This document shows positions 63,710-64,000 of a stretch of DNA of 64,000 nucleotides, one piece after another. A program made the position numbers and the translations under genes. The notes beneath the pieces are model-generated. The model was not told the DNA's origin, did not search any database, and worked only from the letters and a program-made list of their open reading frames with translations. The DNA is from Octopus sinensis (lineage: Eukaryota): positions 43,152,001 through 43,216,000 of the forward strand of contig NC_043015.1 of NCBI RefSeq assembly GCF_006345805.1, in the 5' to 3' direction. Position 1 is the first letter of the stretch. Each line of letters begins with the position of its first letter.

Positions 63710-64000
63710 TAATCCTTTCTACCATAGGCACAAGGCCTGAAATTTTGTGAGAAGGGTATAGTCGATTGCATCAACCCTAGTTCTTGACTGATATTTATTT
63801 TACCGACCCCGAAAGGCAAAGTCGACCTAGACAGCATTTGAACTCGGAATGTCAAGAGCCGGAAGCAGGGCTACTAAACATTTTTCCGGCTTGCTAACAA
63901 TTTACCAGTTCGCCACCTTATCGCTTTACATAATCTTTTCTATTCTAGGCACAGGCCCGAAATTTTTGTGGAGAGGGCCAGTCGATTAGATCGACTCCAG
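63710..64000 (-). mobile_element. SINE family B copies (ATT-tail subtype)
   Basis: AATCCTTTCTACCATAGGCACAAGGCCTGAAAT...TTTGAACTCGGAATG...GCTAACAAT. Confidence 0.8.

Overview
This is AT-rich eukaryotic DNA packed with microsatellites and transposons. The SINE families and repeat style suggest an octopod cephalopod such as Octopus (inference). I can support only one host coding exon: a 99-nt first coding exon on the minus strand (56843-56941, MVKQKTKTLRTYDEEGFRRRAACLCFRDESEQE|GTAAG). It belongs to a diphosphoinositol-polyphosphate phosphohydrolase of the Nudix DIPP / NUDT3-4 / Drosophila Aps family. I could not find exon 2 (the Nudix box), so bases 1-56842 look like part of a first intron longer than 56 kb. 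That intron holds five SINE-type families (my labels A-E), several MITE families (piggyBac-like TTAA, hAT-like, TTAGGG-containing, and a near-perfect 197-bp hairpin) and an intact non-autonomous Helitron. It also holds 3' fragments of CR1/L2-type and R4/Dong-type LINEs, Penelope-like remnants with degenerate hammerhead-ribozyme cores, and many micro- and minisatellites. Almost all ORFs in the supplied track are microsatellite or SINE artefacts. I see no convincing new multi-gene system. The most interesting signals are in transposon biology (SINE-LINE chimeras, SINE multimers with a recurrent junction, hammerhead remnants, foldback dsRNA substrates) and a few candidate regulatory clusters. Repeat boundaries were set by eye and are approximate (about +/-10-20 bp) unless stated.
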